Of a stretch of 64,000 nucleotides of DNA, positions 22,766 through 35,430 are shown one piece after another. The stretch lies in the NCBI GenBank assembly GCA_030390025.1, contig CM059438.1:64544001-64608000 (forward strand), written 5' to 3'. Origin of the DNA: Squalus acanthias. Its lineage: Eukaryota. How positions within the stretch are numbered: the stretch's first letter is position 1; each line of letters starts with the position of its first letter. The translations under genes were made by a program, and so were the position numbers. Below the pieces are notes generated by a model. It made no database searches, had not been told where the DNA came from, and saw only the letters and a list, made by a program, of their open reading frames with translations.

Positions 22766-23945
22766 ACAACAACAACTTTCATTTATATCGCGCCTTTAAC
22801 ACAGTAAAATGTCCCAAGGTGCTTCACAGGAGCGTTATCAGACAAAATTTGATACAGAGCCAGAAAAAGAGATATTCGGACAGATGACCAAAAGCTTGGT
22901 TAAAGAGCTAGGTTTTAAAGAGTATCTTCAATGAGGAAAGAGAGGTAGAGAGGTGAAGAGGTTCAGGGAGGGAATTCCAGAGCATAGGGCCTAGGCAACA
23001 GAAGGCAAGGCCGCCAATGGTGGAATGATGAAAAGCAGGGATGCGCCAGAGGCCTGATTTGGAGCAGCACAGATATCTTGGAGGGTTGTTGCGCTGGAGG
23101 AGGTTACAGAGATTGGGAGGGGGCGAGGCCATGGAGGGATTTGAACACAAGGATGAAAATTTTTTAATTGAGGCATTGTCGGACTGGGAGCCAATGTTGG
23201 TCAGTGAGCACTGGGTGAACGGGACATGGTACGAGTTAAGGTATGGGCAGCAGAGTTTTGGATGAGCTCAAATTTACAGCACGTGCAAGGTGGGAGATCG
23301 ACCAGGAGAGCATTGGAATAGTCGAGTCTGGAGGCAACAAAGGCATGGATGAGGGATTCAGCAGCAGATGATCTGAGGCAGGGGTGGAGACGGGTGATGT
23401 TACTGAGGTGGAAGTAGGCGGTCTTGGTGATGGAAAGGATATGGGATCTGAAGCTCATCTCGGGGTCAAATAGAACAGCAAGGATACTAATGGTCTGGTT
23501 CAGCATCAGACGGTGGTCAGGGAGGGGGATGGAGTCAGTGGCTAGGGAACGGATTCTCTAGCAGGGACCAAAGTCAATGGCTTCGGTCTTCCGAATATTG
23601 ATTTGGAGGAAATTTCTGATCATCGAATACTGGCTGTCAGACAAGCAGCATGGTAAATCAGAGCCAGTGGAGGGATCGAGAGAGGTGGTGGTGGTGAGGT
23701 AGAGCTGGGGGTCATCAGCGTACATGTGGAACCTGATGTTGTGCTTTCCGATGATGTCGCCGAGGGCCAGCATGAAGATGAGAAATAGGATGGGGTCAAG
23801 GATAGATGCTTGGGCGACTCCAGGTGTAACGGTGCGGGAGCTGGAAGAGAAGCGATTGCAGGTGATTGTCTGGCTACAACTGGGTGGATAGGAACAGACA
23901 CAGGCGAGGGCAGTCACGGCCAGCTGGACAATGGAGGAGAGGCTT
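22765..23945 (-). mobile_element. L2 LINE RT fragment and 3' end
   Basis: GVAQASILDPILFLIFM, FHMYADDPQLY, LIHAFVASRLDYSNALL; tail ...AAAGGCGCGATATAAATGAAAG(TTG)n. Confidence 0.88.
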
Positions 23946-24230
23946 GCCCCTGATGCCCACTGTAGCCATACAGATTGTCCACACTTATTGCAAACAGTTG
24001 TTGATGTTAGTCGAGATAAGAGGGTGACCAGTGTCTGTGGACCCATACTCCAGATGCAGGAGAGGAGGGAACAAATGGGTGGGAAAAATAATCTAGGTTG
24101 TAGGCCATAAAAACAATATTTTACTCCCTGACTCATCGACTACATGATCTTGTCCTCAGTGCTACTTGTGAAACTAGAATTCTGAAGGACTAATTTTACT
24201 GACCCACTGAGAAAAACACTGCAGAGTGTT

Positions 24231-25051
24231 TTGGTATTTTCAGTCCTTGTTGCAGCTATTGAAGAGGTCACTCTGAAAGGGATGTGTTGATTAAAAAGAA
24301 ATCACTCCTGTAAAAGGCATTGGTGTCAAAGTGCTTGGGGAACATAAAGTTGTCGCTTAGAGTCTGGGATGGATGTGCTGATGCAGAGTTAGACCACCCC
24401 CAGTCAGCTCTCTGGGAGGGGTGGGCGGAGAGTGCATGATACCCTACTGAGCTGTGGGTTTGCATCTTGCTTGATCTGGGCTGAGGGGGGCGGGCATGTG
24501 CACCAATTGCTCTAGAAAAGAGAGCCTCGCATCTTCTCGCTTCTCTCTAGGGTCTATCTTTTCCCGTGGCAGGGCCTTTTTATGTTGGATTATAGTTAGT
24601 TTTGGGCTGGCTGATCTCCTAACTTGTATTCATTGCTCTGTCACTTTTAATGTTGCAATTTCCCTGCCGGGTTGTCTATTGCAGATCTTTACAAGCTGTT
24701 TTGAAGAAAAAAATAATTAGATGGAAGAGCAAGAGAGTGGAAAAATCTCCAAACAAAGACCACGGCATGAATAGCACATTATACCAATGACATGACTTAG
24801 TGCTATTCTTGAAACAAGAAGCACCGATATCATTCATTCACGCCCCTGATACTCCTGAATTATGACTCTTTCACACTCGATGTGTGATGCATTGTCAACA
24901 ATGGCCCTGCATTATTTACAAGCTGTATAAAAGTGGTCAATTTAAAAAAAAGAAAGCAACAATACCTTTTACAGGAATGATTTCTTTTTAATCAACAAAT
25001 CCCTTTCAGAGTGACATCTTCAATAGCTGCAACAAGGACTGAAAATACCAA
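24231..25051. repeat. 92-bp inverted repeat pair (24231-24322 / 24960-25051) enclosing 637 bp
   Basis: Direct reverse-complement comparison of the arms shows 4 mismatches. Confidence 0.9.
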
Positions 25052-25383
25052 TTATGAATTTGGACATTAATCTTTTGGATTTTTCGTTCTTTAGGTGTAA
25101 AAAAATGTAGCAATTTAGCTTGATCCTTACACTGACTTCACCATGGTGCTGCGCAGATAGCATTAGAGATTGATAGTTGAAAGACTACAAATACTAGTCA
25201 AGTTGTTTATATTTGGCAAAAAGCAAAATACTGCAGATGCTGGAGAGAGTGGAAGGTTGGGTAAATGTTTCTGGTCAGAACTAGTTACACAGCTAGTGAC
25301 CACGGTACCACTGCAGTCGTTTTCATTTTTTCTTTCTGTCTCTCTGTTTGTCTTTCTCTTTTTCTCTCTTTTTCTCACTCTTT

Positions 25384-26221
25384 GGGCGCGATCTGCCAGC
25401 CCTGGGGAGGCAGGGTTTGGAGGCGGGACTGCCGGGAAAATGGCAGAATCTGGGGGCGGGTACCCATCCCGCCCCCAACCCGCCTCTGTGCCATCTTCCC
25501 AGGAGACGGGTACCCGACCCACGCCGGGTCCCGTCTCCTGGAGGCGGGAAGGGGATTACAGCCACTTAACTGCCTGTTAACAGGTAGTTAACAGGCAGTT
25601 AAGAGGATTATTCCCATTTTTCCACCAGGGGCGCGGGCTTCCTGATGTTGGGAAACCCCGCCAGAGTCACCGAGGCGAGCAGTGGGTCTACGGGGGTCAG
25701 AGGGGTGCAAAAGTGCGCTGTGCAGGTAAGTGATGGGTGCAAGTGTGGAGAGGTAAGTGTGTGAGGTGAGTGGAAAGTAACAGAAAATGTTTACATACCT
25801 TTGTTTCTTCCTGCAGGCTTCAACAGTTGGGGATGCGGAGAGTCTCGCATCTCACCGGCAGAGATGACAGATGGCTGCTGCATTCTCCGATGCAACAGCC
25901 ATCTAATTTCTGCTCACAAAAGAGGTTTGATGAGTCTTGAATACAAGAACTCATCAAACAACTGAGAATGTCAGTGTTTGATAGCTTCACAGAGCTGTCA
26001 AACGATGACAATTCACCTGTCAAAAATCTTTGACAGATGAAACGTCATACGCTGACGTTCTCTGTAACCGGCTTCCCCTTAATTGGCCTGCTAAGCCCTC
26101 CGGGTGGGCTTAACAAGGTCAATCAAGGGAAAATAGCGTGTGTTGGCCAGATGGAGGCGGGACTAAAACCCGACAAGCAGCAGCCCCGCCTCCAACGTGC
26201 CCCCATTGACAAAATCTAGTT
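25384..26221. mobile_element. Non-autonomous Harbinger-like element
   Basis: GC-rich subterminal blocks with GGAGGCGGG motifs; end ...CATTGACAAAATCTAG resembles other Harbinger ends in the window. TIR and TSD are degenerate. Confidence 0.55.
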
Positions 26222-26371
26222 CTCACTCACCTCTTATTGTTCACTTCTATATTATCCACAGCAACTTGCATTTAATTAGCGCCATTATCATAGAAAAATG
26301 GCCCAAGTTGCTACACAAGAGCATAATGAAAAATAGTGGATACCGAGCCAAAGAAAGGAGATATTAGGACA

Positions 26372-27797
26372 AAAGGAAAATACTGCGGGTGCTGGGAATT
26401 TGAAGAAAAAAACCCCACAAAAAATGCTGGAAATACTCAGCAGATCAGGCAGTGGAGAGAGAAGCAGAGTTAATGTTTCAGGTCGATGACCTTTTGTCAC
26501 AACTGAAAAAAGTTAGAGATGTAACAGGTTTTAAGGAAGTGCAGGGGCAGGGAAAGCGGGGGAGGGGAGGAAAGAACAAAAGGGAAGGTCTGTGATAGGA
26601 TGGAAGGCAGGAGAGATTAAAAGACAAAAGGGATGATGGTGCAAGGCAAAAGGAGATGGTAATGGGACAAGTAAAGAGACAAAAGATAAGTCTAGAAGAG
26701 GTGTAAATGGGGATCGCAGAATCATCAACAGCTGCCTACCGAAAAAATGGGGGCAAAGGTTCTGATCTGAAATTGTTGAACTCATTCTTGAGTCCGGAAG
26801 GCTGTAAAGTGCCTAATGTAAAGATGAGGTGCTGTTTCTTGAGCTTATATTGAGCTTCATTGGAACAGTGTAGGAAGCCGAGGCCGGAGTGGGAGTGGAG
26901 CGGAGAATTAAGGTGACAGGCAACCGGAAGCTCAGAGTCACGCTTACGGACTGAACGGAGGTGTTCCGCAAAGCGGTCACCCAATCTGCGTTTGGTCTCC
27001 CCAATGCAGAGGAGACCGCATCGTGAGCAGTGAATACAGTATACTAAATTGCAGGAAGTACAAGTAAATCAATGTTTGGGAGTGTTTGGGGCCCTGGACG
27101 GTGGGAAGGAAGGAGGTAAAAGAGCAGGTGTTGCACCTCCTGCGCTTGCACGGGAAGGTGCCGTGGGAAGGGCAGGGGTGTTGGGGTGATTGAGGAGTGC
27201 ACCAGTGTGTTGCAGAGGGAACAGTCCCTTCAGAATGCTGAAAGTGGAGGGGAGGGAAAGGTATGTTTGGTGGTGGGGTCATGGTGGTGGCAGAAATGGC
27301 GGAGGATAATGCGTTGAATGTGGAGGCTGGTGGGTGGAAGGTGAGGACAAGGGGACCCCGATTGTGGTTCTGGAAGGGAGGTGAAGGGGTGGAGAGCAGA
27401 AGTGTGGGAAATGGAACAAACATGGTCGAGGGCCCTGTCAACCATTGTGGAGGGGAATCCTCGGTTGAGGAAAAAAGAAGACATATCGGAAACACTGGCA
27501 TGGAAGGTGTCATCGTCAGAACAGATGCGATGGAGACGGAGAAACTGGGAGAATGGAATAGAGTTCTTACAGGAAGCTGGGTGGGAGGAAGAGTAGTAGA
27601 GTGGATATTGTTCGATAGCCTATCCCCAGAAATGCAGACTGAGAAGTCGAGGAAGGGAAGGGAAGAGTCAGAGATGGACCATGTGAAGGCGAGGGAAGGG
27701 TGGAAATTGGAAGCAAAGTGAATTAAAATTTCCAGTTCGGGGCGAGAGTAGGAAACGGCACAAATACAGTCATCAGTGTACCGGAAAAAGAGGTGAG
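26372..27797 (-). mobile_element. Penelope-like element (RT C-terminus plus GIY-YIG endonuclease), 5'-truncated, inserted in an L2 3' end
   Basis: FFLNRGFPSTMVDRAL, GTFPCKRRRCNTC, LGDRFAEHLRSVR...PVACHLN...LGTLQPSGLKNEF; 15-bp TSD GGAGATATTAGGACA (26357-26371, 27798-27812). Confidence 0.92.
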
Positions 27798-28066
27798 GGA
27801 GATATTAGGACAGGTGACCAAAAGCTTACTCACAGAGATTAGTTTTAAGGACAGTCTTTAATGAGGAGAAAGAGGTGGAGAATTGGAGGGATATACCAAT
27901 ATTATTGCAGTCATTGTGTTTTTTCAACTTTTCTGTCTTCTTCGTGTGCCCTCAATTTGCAATCCTACATGCTCTTCCTTCTCTCGGCACTTTTATTATG
28001 TTCAAACCAATATTCATTTCACCGTCCTACTTGAGCTCATTCTGTTAATATTTCTCAATCTGTATT

Positions 28067-28828
28067 GGGCCAGAAATTCGGCTCTCCGGCTTCCTGCGGG
28101 TGCAAGCATCGCGCGCGTACTTACCCACCGCGCCTGCCGTTGTGCCTTGGGCCCACGAGAACTTCGGGTCCTGGGCCTCCTCCAGCTACTGGCGCGCAGT
28201 GCTTGCGTATCCCAGGGGCGCAGTTAGTTCGAAGCGTCCCCTGGGATCACGTGGGCCATGGAGAGCCAATCCTAGCAGGGCATTTTCATTCATAGATTTG
28301 ACAGAAGACCTGTCAAATCTATGAAGTGAAATCGGCTCCAAAACCACACTTAAACTTCAAAAACATTTTTTAAAAAACATCACATTTTTAAAATAACTAT
28401 AAGTTAAATAAATTAACTACTTTAAATAAAAATTTTAATTTTTGAAAAAATTAATTAAACTTTTTAACGGTGCTAAAAATAAACTTACCTTTCTTTAAAG
28501 TATCTAAAAAAGATAAACCTGTTGAAAATTTTTTAAATTGTAATTAATTAACCACTTACCTTATTAAAAACAGGTCTTGCGCCTCCTTTTTAAAAGTGCA
28601 GCTTCTCCATACTTACCCTCCCGGAGAAACCTGAAAAAAACCCGAAGTTCGCTGCGTGCGCGCAGCCTCTACCGCGCACGTGGTTCACCTCTGAACCCCT
28701 CCCTTCACGAGACCAGAAGTTCCGGTTTCCCGCGCATGCACAGTGCATGCAGAAAACCGGCACTTCAGATGGCCTTACGGGTGAGTACACAGTGCGTACT
28801 CACCCGACAAGTGCCGAATTTCTGGGCC
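28067..28828. mobile_element. Harbinger-type MITE, family M3
   Basis: TIR GGGCCAGAAATTCGGC/GCCGAATTTCTGGGCC, TSD ATT; homologous to 17787-18528. Confidence 0.9.
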
Positions 28829-29157
28829 ATTATAACTCTTGTGCGCACTTCTTGTCCACAAACTCTACTCCCTGTTGTCATGATTTTATGTCAACATTTA
28901 ACACTGTGTCTCATGACATTTAACATGCCTCTCCTGAGCACCTATGGTTTCCCACTGCTCCCCCTTCTCTTTGCCATCTTAACTTTCACGCTGTTTCGGT
29001 CTGCTGCTCGCTTCTCTTGGCTGTCTCTCGCAGCCTTCCCTTTGCCAGCTCTCACGTGCACTAGCTTCTCTTGCCTTCCACTAGCATTGCGCTCCAAGAA
29101 CAAAAGTGGCAGCAAGGTCATCCTGGCCATATGGATACTGGGCAGGCCAGGCCCCAT

Positions 29158-29580
29158 ACAACAACAACAACAAAAATGTACATTCATATAGCGCCTTTAG
29201 CATAGTTAAACATCCCAAGGCGCTTGAAGGAGCGTCTTAAAGGAGAGAGAGGTAGAGAGGCGGTGAGATTTAGGGAGGGAATTTCCAGAGCTTAGGGCCC
29301 AGCCAGCTGAAATGCCTGGCTGGCAATGCTAGAGTGATGAAAATCGGGGATGCGCAAGAGGCCAGAATTGTAGGTGCGCAGAGATCTTGGAGGGTTGTAG
29401 AACTGGAGGAGTTGACAGAGATAGGGAGGGGCAAGGCAGTGGAGGGATTGGAAAACAAGGATGTGAATTTTAAAATTGAGGCTGGATCGGTAGCCAACTT
29501 AGGTCAGTGAGCACAGAGGTGATGGGTGAAGGAGGCTTGGTGCAAGTTAGGTTATGGGCAGCAGAGTTGTGGCTGAGCAC
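29158..29580 (-). mobile_element. L2 LINE 3' fragment
   Basis: Homologous to 22765-23270; (CAA)n tail on the plus strand. Confidence 0.8.
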
Positions 29581-30164
29581 AGGTTTGCTAATTTACATAT
29601 GAGGCCTAACAAAGATCAACCCTCAGAGCCATCCTCTATTCTCCTCTTCAGGTAAATTGCAAGGCAACAGAGTGGACAAGACTTCAGCACCCAGTGAAAG
29701 CCAGATAAAGAAAATCTGAAGGGATAGTTCAAGGGCGAAGGGAGAATATTAAGGATAATGTATTTAAAATTGGGGTGCTGGAGAAAGACTAAGAGCATGA
29801 ACAGACCAATCTCAGCATATGCAGGATAAATGGGAACAGTGACGTAAGCACAAACAACGCTGAAGCTTCTATGGCACCTCCCCACTCCAATTCCTCCTCG
29901 CCCCACCTTGCCTCTGCTACCCATTTCCAAGCTGTCCCTTTTGTTCAATGCCCACTGCTCCTGTTCTCCCTTCACCGCCCATCTCGCTCTTCCTAGACCA
30001 CCACTTCCCCACTCACTGCTGCTCCAATTTTTTCTTCACCTGCCGCTGTATCCTGGGCCTCCCACCATTCCAACTGACCAAATAACCACTCACTGTCTGC
30101 CAAAAATCCACTAAAATCCCCAGCTCCTGAACCTCCCACTGCCCAACCCCACTGACATGAATCT

Positions 30165-30377
30165 TGTCATTCATGTATGAAGTAATACTGGGCGGCCTGC
30201 TGGTGGCGCTGTCCAGGGAGAGTATAAATACTCGGGCATGGGCCCAGCTTGCTTAGGACATTCCTCAACAGGAACTAGTGAAGACTCAACTAGATCTCCA
30301 TGTTGTAAAACAGTTGATTAAAGCTTTAACGCTTAGACCAAGTGCCTAGTAGTTTTCTTATGTCACCCACCACAACA
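30165..30377 (+). mobile_element. Putative short solo LTR (about 205-213 bp)
   Basis: TGT...ACA ends, TATAAATA at 30223 and ATTAAA at 30317. No clean TSD, so the start is uncertain. Confidence 0.5.
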
Positions 30378-32524
30378 TCATACCCTGCTCCAATATTGCC
30401 CTAACCTACCAAATGCCCACTACCCACTCTGACTCCTCACGCAAAAGCTTCCACTCATACCCCACCTCATCCCATCCTTCTACTTCACCTGCAGCTTCCT
30501 CATAATCTTAACCATGAGCATTGCCGTGGGCAGTTAGTAGAATTCAAAATTGATATTGCTAATGAAGATGCAGATAGTGTGGTTGTTGTATGAATGCCCC
30601 TCTCTATAATGGAATCAATAACCTGATGCAAATCCAGTGTAAGACAGTCCAGCAGTCAGTGTTGTCATGGTGTTGCATTCCAATGTGTTTGCAAATATTA
30701 GGCCACTGAGTTATCATGTTGGGTTTTTAACAACAGATATACCACTTGGGTTTAGTGCCAATTGTCATTCCTGTAAGTGAACCTCACATCTTGTGAGAAC
30801 CAGGTGTGTGTTGACCTGCCCAATATCAAGGTAAATGTAGTGAGGCCCAAGGATTGAACAGAGAGGCTTTGCCAGAGAGCTGGAATATTTCACAGGCTGC
30901 CAAGTAATTCTTCTCACTTTCTGTAGATCAATGACTATTCAACCTATCAGATCGAGACTAGGGCTATAAACCAACAGAAAAATGATTGATCATTAAGCAG
31001 GTAAATGAACAGTATATTTTTTACAACCTTTACTATTCTCCTCAGAATGTCATGACAAGGACTCTTCTCCTGGGCTGCTTCTTAATGCAAAATTGAAACA
31101 TGGTCGCTCACTTCTTGCGGAGTGAAACTCCGCCATTGGACCAGAGTGACCTGTTGCCTTCAAACTGCAAACTAGGATAGAGGAAAGAAGGAATTTCCAT
31201 TCATATAGCACTTTTCACATCTGGCATCCCAAAACACTTTACAGGCAATTAAATAAAATCAGACATGGATATATCATAATTCAACATCCTTTTGAAGATA
31301 CTGAAAGAAGGAACAATAGATAACTGGATCTCCCATGATTGCATTAGGTAAACATCCATCCACAGGCTATCCATTACCTTGGATTTTTATCCACACAAGT
31401 ACATCAGCTATTTTACACTGAAGTTCAAAGAAATTCTCTGAGCCTCTCCTCTCTGTATCAGACCAAAGTGTCATGCTGACGACATTTAATAGTCTGGAAT
31501 GACTTGATTCATTGATACTATCAAATCCTTTGAATGACCTGTTAGACAAGTCCCCAACCAAATCTAATGCCCCTCGGCTGTAGTCAACTAATTCAACACA
31601 AAGATTCAAAACCGGAACAGTCCATGTCCATGTGGCTCAGCTCCTCGTTACATGAATTCGATGGGTCAAGGGGAAATCCTGCAGTCTAGACTATTAGGTA
31701 TCTGACTTTTCACGTATCTAGCAGCATAGCTGTGGAATAATCTTACAATAGAAGTGGCTCGTTGCAACATATTGTTTGCCAGAGAAGCTGAGTCTCATTG
31801 CTTCAACAAGTCAACTGTTGAGTATGGCCAATTGAAAAATAGTTGACTCAAAATAAGCAGTAGTAAATGTACAAGAGCACAGTGGGGAAGGGGGATGGTA
31901 ACTGAATACAGGCAACTCAGTTGAAAGAGGTTATACTCCAAGCTGAACTATAGCATTCTGTTGGGGTAAAATCACATTCTGTGATAATGTGTTAACATGT
32001 CTATCAAATTACTTTGCCATGTTAATGGAGGAGTTGGAACATTTTAAATAGGTTTAATAGCAGTCAAACCAAACGCTAACTTATTTCTCTCCTTTGTGTT
32101 TGAAGAAAGACAAAACCTGACCTAGGCCCCTCTATTGTCTTGGCTAGTAAAGGCAATACTCGGATATAACTGAGCCATACAGAATAGGAAGCTCCAGATT
32201 TGATTCCCAGTCTGTGCTCAGTTAACTGATCGTAATCCCAAAGGGCTTGGCATCATGTCCCCTGCTTCAGTTAGGGACAGGAAAACTGGCCAAAGTTTGC
32301 CAGTCCTGATCAGTATCTAGCCGGCTCTGCAGAACTTGACGTGCCCATGTATGGGTTTTGAGCGATGGCATGATTGAGCTTGGTTGTGATACCCCTTTGG
32401 TTGAAGCCTGCCAACACTCAGAGTCAAAAGTTAAAGATGGGCACGATCCAGGCGGGTGCTTGTGGAACCATCATCTAGCAACTGCTTGGTGCCATTGGGA
32501 GATGAGAGGAGAAAATTGACGAGA

Positions 32525-32975
32525 GAAATGAGGGACTTCAGTTACGTTGATAGACTGGAGAAACTGGGTCTGTTCTCCTTGGAGCATAGAAGGTTGAGAG
32601 GAGAATTGATAGAGGTGTTCAAAATCATGAGTGGTCTGGACAGAGTAGATCGAGTTCCCATTGGCAGAAGGATCGAGAACCAGAGGACACAGATTTAAGG
32701 TGATTGGCAAAAGAACCAAAGGCGACGTAAGAAAAAGCTTTTTTATGCAGCGATTGGTTAAGATCTGGAATGCATTTCCTGAAAGGGTGGTGGAGGCAGA
32801 CTCAATCTTATCTTTCAAAAGGGAGTTGGATAAGTATCTGAAGGAAGAAAAATTGCAGGGCTACGGTGAAAGGGTGGGGGAGTGGGACTAGCAGAAGTGC
32901 TCTTGCAGAGAGCCGGCATGGGCTCGACGGGCTGAATGGTCTTCTTCCGTGCTGTAACCATTCTATGATTCTATG
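32525..32975 (+). mobile_element. CR1 LINE 3' fragment
   Basis: LEKLGLFSLEHRRLRGELIEVFKI; tail ATTCTATGATTCTATGA. Confidence 0.9.
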
Positions 32976-33797
32976 AAATAGAATAGAATTACCAGTGTAT
33001 GTTTGCATTCTGTCTCTCAAATTACCTGCTTTGTATGCTGTATGAAGCAGATGTGCCAGGGATAATAGATCTTTGCCACACACACTGATACGTGTGAGGG
33101 AGACAAAGCACCTTCGTGCTGCACGGTACAGCTGTTTGATCAGGTTAATTAGACAGGACATATGGAGGCACTACAGGGGCAGCCTCTGATGAGATGCCAT
33201 CCACAGCTGTCATTTATGCTGTAATAAGACACCATGAGCAATAGCTGACATAAAATGCAGAGGCCACAACAGTGCTCCCCTGTGTCGGATATTGCAAAAT
33301 TATTAACCGTTCAACTCTGGACATTGTAATCTGTTTGAGGAAGAGTCAGTGTGGCAATAAGTTTAAATATTAACTCACAATGAGTTCAGTGAGACAACAG
33401 TGAATACCAGCATAGGCTGTCTTGTGTAACTTAGGGGGAACTGCTGATAAGCCAATATTAAATATCTCTAAAGACATGGCTGGGAGCTACCTTGAAAAGC
33501 ATGTGTAAACTTGATGTGCAAGATTGGTCTTAAAGCTTCCAGCGAGCTACCTGGTGACCGTGGCTGTTGAATGCATTAAACTCACAGCGGGCTCAATTTG
33601 CACGCAGTACCTAGCAGGCAGTTCAACGTCAAGCTATCTATTAGCAATGTTATTACATTATATATTAAATTATAAAGCCGCTGAGCATATGACCTGCTGC
33701 AATACTGCTCAAGTTAGTAACCAGCATCAGTATTTTAAGAAACCTAAAGGAGTGATCTATTACTTTAAGGTGCTCAAAGCATGCACCTTCATCCTCC

Positions 33798-34302
33798 AGA
33801 GGGATGCCTTAGAGGGAGTGCACCAAAGGTTCACCAGACTGATTCCGGGGATGGAGGGATTGTCTTATTGCTATGGATTGAGGAGACTAGGCCTATATTC
33901 CCTAGAATTTAGAAGAATGAGACGTCATCTCATTGAAACATATAAAATTCTTACAGGGCTTGACAGGGTAGATGCAGGGAGGATGTTTCCCCTGGCTGGG
34001 GAGTCTAGAACCAGGGGTCACAGTCTCAGAATAAGGGGTCAGCCATTTAGAACTGAGATGAGGAGAAATTTCTTCACTCAAAGGGTGGTGAATCTTTGGA
34101 ATTTTCAACCCAGAGGGCTGTGGAGGCTCAGTCTTTGAGTATATTCAAGACAGAGATCGATAGATTTTTGGATATTAAGGGAATCAAGGGATATGGGGAA
34201 AGTGCGGGAAGGTGGAGATGAGGTAGAAGATCAGCCATGGTCTTATTGAATGGTGGAACAGGCTCGATGGGCCAAACGGCCTACTCCTGTTCCCAATGTT
34301 CT
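33798..34302 (+). mobile_element. CR1 LINE 3' fragment
   Basis: LEGVHQRFTRLIPGM...FFTQRVVNLWN. Confidence 0.9.
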
Positions 34303-34741
34303 CTAGAAAATAGCAAGCAAATTCTGTCTGGTGTATATAATGATTTTACTTACTGATTTGTTCCTGGGGCACAGCAAAGCTTATAAGGCGGGGGCTCCCG
34401 AAAACATTCAAAAGAAAGTCTACTTACTTCGTTCTTCGATCTTCGCAAGATCCATTTGGCACACTTCTTCAATCCTGGATTTTAGAGTCGATAGAAGTAT
34501 CTCTTCTGTTTATATCTCCATGTGTCTCTCTCTCCTCCTTTGTCTCTCTGTCACTCTTTCGCTTTCCCTCTATCATTAGCTTTCTGTTACTTGTGCCCCA
34601 TGAACATTCCTGATTGTTAAAGAACAAATATAGTTCTCTCCATTTTTCCTTGCATCTGTGTAAGCCTTTTCTTTTAGCTTGCTACTTTCTCTTACCTCGT
34701 TTGTTGACCATAGTTGCTTAACTACACAAGTAGAGCTTTAT

Positions 34742-35430
34742 GGACTAAAAATTGAGTAGCGCCCCCTTTGGGGCGCTAACTTCACCGGGGAGCTACTTTT
34801 AGCGCCCCGGAAAAATTAGCGCCCCCGCAATGGAAATTGAGTGGTAGCATCCCAAGAGGGAAGCGGGGCACTACTGGAAGCGCCCCGCCTCCCTCTTGGG
34901 GCGCTGCGAGGGAATATCGTGGCGCTACGTGCCGCGGTATTGCAGGCTTTCCTCCCCTTCTTAAAGGGGAGGGGCCTTGCGCAGCGCGACCCGGGGCCCA
35001 GCTGGGCCCCCGGGGATCAGGAGTGCCGGCACAGCCAGCACTCCACGGGGGGGCGGGTAAGGAGGCTTTGGACGGGAGCCGAGGCAGGTGCTGGCAGGCG
35101 GCCAGCAACAAAAATGGCCGCCCCCGCACCTCGCCTTTAAATAGCGCCTCCCCGGCCGCAGGCAGGCCCCCTGACCCCGTCAGACATAGCGTCCGGCGGT
35201 AAGTCAGGGGGCGCTCACGAAGATCGTGGCCGGGGCACGAGAGGGGCGCTGCGCACTGGGATGATGTCATTGCCAGCAGCGCAGCGCCACGGGGCGCTAC
35301 AGGTTACCGGCGCCGCTAACCTCCCACTGAATTCCGCGGGAGGCGTTGGCGGCGCTGCACCTGGGCACTAGTTGCTTTGCGCCCCGTTAGCGTCCTAACG
35401 GGAGGCGCAAAGCAACTGAATTTTTCCCCC
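34742..35430. mobile_element. GC-rich Harbinger-type MITE, family M4
   Basis: TIR-like GGACTAAAAATTGAGTAGC / GCAACTGAATTTTTCCCCC, many GCGCCCC/GGGGCGC motifs; homologous to 62205-62755. Confidence 0.8.

Noticed and set aside
28577..29191. 204-aa ORF
   Set aside because: Spans a MITE end, low-complexity DNA and an L2 tail; no domain recognised.
33524..34138. 204-aa ORF as a host-CR1 fusion gene
   Set aside because: TTG start; chance open frame upstream of a 5'-truncated CR1; no splice or domain support.
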